A stretch of 63,624 nt of DNA, filler included, from Octopus bimaculoides (lineage: Eukaryota): the NCBI RefSeq assembly GCF_001194135.2. It is 7 parts of 7 records of this genome, joined end to end, with 100 filler letters (N's around TTAATTAATTAA, not from the genome) between each part and the next. Parts side by side here need not be neighbours in the genome. Positions count along the whole stretch, not along the records: positions 58,561 to 60,661 come from NW_026301526.1; positions 60,762 to 62,129 come from NC_069005.1; positions 62,230 to 63,624 come from NC_068998.1; 4 more parts are not named here. One strand, given 5' to 3'. Under the pieces are notes generated by a model. It was not told where the DNA came from. It saw only the letters and a list, made by a program, of their open reading frames with translations, and did not search any database. Position 1 is the first letter of the stretch, and every line of letters starts with the position of its first letter. The translations under genes and the position numbers were made by a program. Positions 59,624 through 63,624 of the stretch are shown in pieces.

Positions 59624-62600
59624 NNNNNNNNNNNNNNNNNNNNNNNNNNNNNNNNNNNNNNNNNNNNNNNNNNNNNNNNNNNNNNNNNNNNNNNNNNNNN
59701 NNNNNNNNNNNNNNNNNNNNNNNNNNNNNNNNNNNNNNNNNNNNNNNNNNNNNNNNNNNNNNNNNNNNNNNNNNNNNNNNNNNNNNNNNNNNNNNNNNNN
59801 NNNNNNNNNNNNNNNNNNNNNNNNNNNNNNNNNNNNNNNNNNNNNNNNNNNNNNNNNNNNNNNNNNNNNNNNNNNNNNNNNNNNNNNNNNNNNNNNNNNN
59901 NNNNNNNNNNNNNNNNNNNNNNNNNNNNNNNNNNNNNNNNNNNNNNNNNNNNNNNNNNNNNNNNNNNNNNNNNNNNNNNNNNNNNNNNNNNNNNNNNNNN
60001 NNNNNNNNNNNNNCACCATGTTGGAACACAGACAAGTGAATGAACCAGCAGATTTCTTTGCTGCCAAACGAGGCAGTTACGATGGAATACATCGACATTG
60101 GCGAAGAACATTATTTACATTTGACGGATATTTGTCCTCATCTTGTTTGTTGCTAACACAACGTTTCAGCTGATATAGCCTCCAGCCTTCATTAGGTGTC
60201 TTGGGGAAATTTCGAACCTGGGTTCTCATTCCTAAGGTATTTTTCGATGTTGTTGTTGTTATTATTATTATTATTATTCAGGTCACTACTTGGAATTGAA
60301 CTCGGAATCTTGGGTTAGTAGCCCGTGCTCTGAACCACTAGGCCATATGCCCATGGGTAATTATGGAGTGGATTTTAGGGCTTATAAATCTAATATTTTT
60401 CTAGCCTTCTTTAATACCAGTTCCCATCATCATCATCGTTTAACGTCCGCTTTCCATGCTAGCATGGGTTGGACGATTTGACTGAGGACTGGTGAAACCG
60501 GATGGCAACACCAGGCTCCAGTCTGATTTGGCAGAGTTTCTACAGCTGGATGCCCTTCCTAACGCCAACCACTCAGAGAGTGTAGTGGGTGCTTTTACGT
60601 GTCACCCGCACGAAAACGGCCACGCTCGAAATGGTGTCTTTTATGTGCCACCCGCACAAGCNNNNNNNNNNNNNNNNNNNNNNNNNNNNNNNNNNNNNNN
60701 NNNNNTTAATTAATTAANNNNNNNNNNNNNNNNNNNNNNNNNNNNNNNNNNNNNNNNNNNNTCCACCTACAAAATTCTTCCCAAAAATGTCTTTGAATTA
60801 TGAAAGTTTGAGACAGATTATTAGATTTCACAGTTGGCTAGTTTTTCAAAAAAAAAAAAAACTCAAAAGATTTTTTAGGTTAATGAGTGATAATAATAAT
60901 TAATGGATATGTGACTTCCCATCAACTTGCAGATATTAACAGCAGCCAACATAATCTTATTAAAATCCCTCACAATATTTTGATGACTAAGATGGTGGTA
61001 TTTGGGAAAAGGAGACAAGCAACTCTAATTTAGTGACATTGTTAGGATTCCAAAAAAGTACAGATTACCAAAATTTGCTCAGAGATATGGAAATTGAGAG
61101 AAATAATTTAATCCACCATCATGGATATTTAAAAAAATATTTTTACCAAAATAAAATAAAGAATCTATAATGTTGCTGTGTGTGTATTAGAGGAATTACC
61201 TTCCATGTGTACCGATAATATTATTGCCTCTGCTATGTCACAGAATGTTGAGACTAGAGACATAAAATTCGTACTAAAATTGGATTTGTTTGTTCACTCT
61301 AGTGGAGAGGAAATTACACATACAGCAAGAGTGATTGCAACACAGCAAAAAAAAAAAAGTGGGATGGGGGGAAGCAACAATTAATAAAACGAACTCTGGT
61401 AAACAAACAACATCAGAATTTTCTCGTTATTAAACAGCAACAACAACAAAACACTCAATCTTTCATTGGAATACATACAATCACCCTAACCCCCAACAAC
61501 AACAACAGCAAAAACATTGTGCTTACCTCCTACTCTCCCCCAGATCTCACTGTTTACTGTACATTGTACAATAAATGGCCAGGTTTGCGATCAGGCCATT
61601 TGAAGAAGAGAGACTAAATAAAGTTTAAAGACAAAGTTTTAACATTTAGTGGCAAGCAAGAAGCTGAGTGGAGTCAAAGTTATCATTAACGAAAATAATT
61701 TCAACTAAAAACAACAAATCCAATAAATCTTAATTGGTTGTAAACCTCTTTGATAAGTGTAACACAGAAATTCTCAAGCTTTAAAATTTCTTAAGTAACT
61801 TTACAGTCTTATTTATGAAGTCCAATTTCTCTTGCTTATTCCACCAAAGATATATATCATCATCATCATCGTTTAACGTCCGCTTTCCATGCTAGCATGG
61901 GTTGGACGATTTGACTGAGGACTGGTGAAACCGGATGGCAACACCAGGCTCCAATCTAATTTGGCAGAGTTTCTACAGCTGGATGCCCTTCCTAACGCCA
62001 ACCACTCAGAGAGTGTAGTGGGTGCTTTTACGTGTCACCCGCACGAAAACGGCCACGCTCGAAATGGTGTCTTTTATGTGCCACCCGCACAAGCCAGTCC
62101 AGGGGCACTGGCAACGATCTCACTCGAAANNNNNNNNNNNNNNNNNNNNNNNNNNNNNNNNNNNNNNNNNNNNTTAATTAATTAANNNNNNNNNNNNNNN
62201 NNNNNNNNNNNNNNNNNNNNNNNNNNNNNTTCACACAGACATACATTCTCAATTTTATATATGTATAGATTACCAGTAGGGTATATAATATACTTCATTA
62301 ATTATATCTTACTTTAGTTAATGCTTATATTTATTAACTATGAAGGAACTACATGTGTTTCAGTATTGGAAGATTACAATATACATATACACAACTGTAT
62401 ACCCATATATATACATATATAAATACATATATGAAATCATCAGATTTACAATCATTCCAACACATCTTCAGGTTCTATTTCAAAATATTATATATCTAAT
62501 TTTACATCCCTTTTAAAAATAAGCAATACAATTAAACATTAAAAGATAAAAAATTAAGAATTAAAAATTAAGAATAAAAATTATACTTTGTAATATTAAG

Positions 62601-63290
62601 AATTAGAATTTATATATTATACATTATAAATATGAATTAGCATATATATCAATCATGTAAAATCAAGTATATGTCAAATACAGAATGTGAGATATAAGAT
62701 TAAACATCAGAATAAAAATATCTGTCTTTAAATGTGATATATAACAAGAAAAATTCAAATACATATCATCCTTTTTTTGCTGGTACTAAAATGGTGATTT
62801 GAGGAAGAAGATAGCAGGGAACTATGGGTATTTATAAGTGATTAGTACAGAGTTTTAATTTTAAATTATCCTCTATTATTATTTTCAGATTTACCTATAT
62901 TGGGAAGTATATATAATTTGTTATTATATAATTTTAGTAATATTTAATTCATATATTTATTTTATTTAAATTATTGCATTATTTTTTATTTTTTATATAT
63001 ATTTAAAAAAAATTATTTATATAATCTATTCAAGTGCTTTAGAAATAAAATTGTATAGTTATTTGATTCAGGAGTTAGGGGTTCAATACTTCATTTTACT
63101 AAATGTAAAATTACTTCAGTGCCAGTCTTATGGTTTTATTGGAAACTATATTTGAATAACTATTGTCCTTTTTAAAAACCGTTTTTACTATTTTAAGTGT
63201 CTCCTTAATAATATCAGTCATAACTTGATCCCAATACAGAATAATTACCCATATAATATCTTTTTTATTTTTCATATTTTTATATTATCA

Positions 63291-63624
63291 CTAGCAGTAT
63301 AACCCGACCTTGTCCGGGTGTGACTTATTACACCATCTACTATAAGTCTTGCTAGGTGAAAATCAACTAAAAAAGAAAGCCTTACAATGAAAAAACCCTT
63401 ATGATGTAAATATGTTCATAATTCAAAAGACGATGAAATTAATAGGGAAAGTCTGAAGGCTGTTTTGTGTAAAATTATTAAGCGTATGTAAATTTCATCC
63501 GTCTAATTGGCTATAGAAATGCTTGTGAAAACAATTTTTTGTGCTGCCCTGATTATACATTGCAGGGTAATCCCTTTTCGCAGGAGTTAGGACGGCAATT
63601 TCTGATGAAGCAATTGCTGGCGAT
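63291..63624 (-). mobile_element. Helitron 3' end (non-autonomous), runs off the window
   Basis: Minus strand reads hairpin (acccgga...tcgggt), then ttatactg, then CTAG followed by T; closely similar to 46600-46930. Confidence 0.8.

Noticed and set aside
61200-61253. Minus-strand 54-nt phase-1 exon candidate (STFCDIAEAIILSVHMEG) that could join the death-domain exon
   Set aside because: Spacing fits helix 1, but the conserved Trp/Leu are missing and it needs an inverted, reordered scaffold piece; too weak without transcripts.

Overview
Animal genomic DNA: AT-rich, saturated with microsatellites, SINEs, LINE fragments and DNA-transposon relics, with roughly 7 kb of N gaps. The repeat landscape looks like an octopus genome (inference from repeat style; not checked). 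Six identical 100-bp spacers (44 N + TTAATTAATTAA + 44 N) are artificial scaffold joins that cut the window into 7 pieces whose relative order and orientation are not guaranteed. The main gene is the 5' part of a minus-strand Myelin regulatory factor (MYRF) orthologue. Four exons (12218-12508, 6776-6834, 3669-4155, 1961-2094) splice in frame with matching phases and encode the MYRF motifs LPDSPPDS-EPYSP and KKRKYSDSP...IKQEP. The DNA-binding and autocleavage exons must lie left of the window. Directly upstream of the NLS exon sits a diverged tandem copy that keeps the acceptor and frame but has lost the basic NLS and ends in a stop. Two orphan exons lie in other scaffold pieces: a minus-strand coiled-coil exon (51316-51789) and a plus-strand terminal death-domain exon (58588-58796) missed by the ORF track. 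Mobile elements include two RTE LINE families (one with a PHD finger inside the RT region, one with C-terminal C2H2 fingers), CR1/L2-like and Penelope-like fragments, decayed hammerhead-ribozyme-like motifs, a Gypsy LTR+gag, mariner, Tc1, a Chapaev3-like transposase, Helitrons, hAT- and piggyBac-type MITEs and at least three tRNA-derived SINE families. No rRNA, bona fide tRNA or CRISPR array was found. Most long ORFs in the track are artefacts of N runs or microsatellites.
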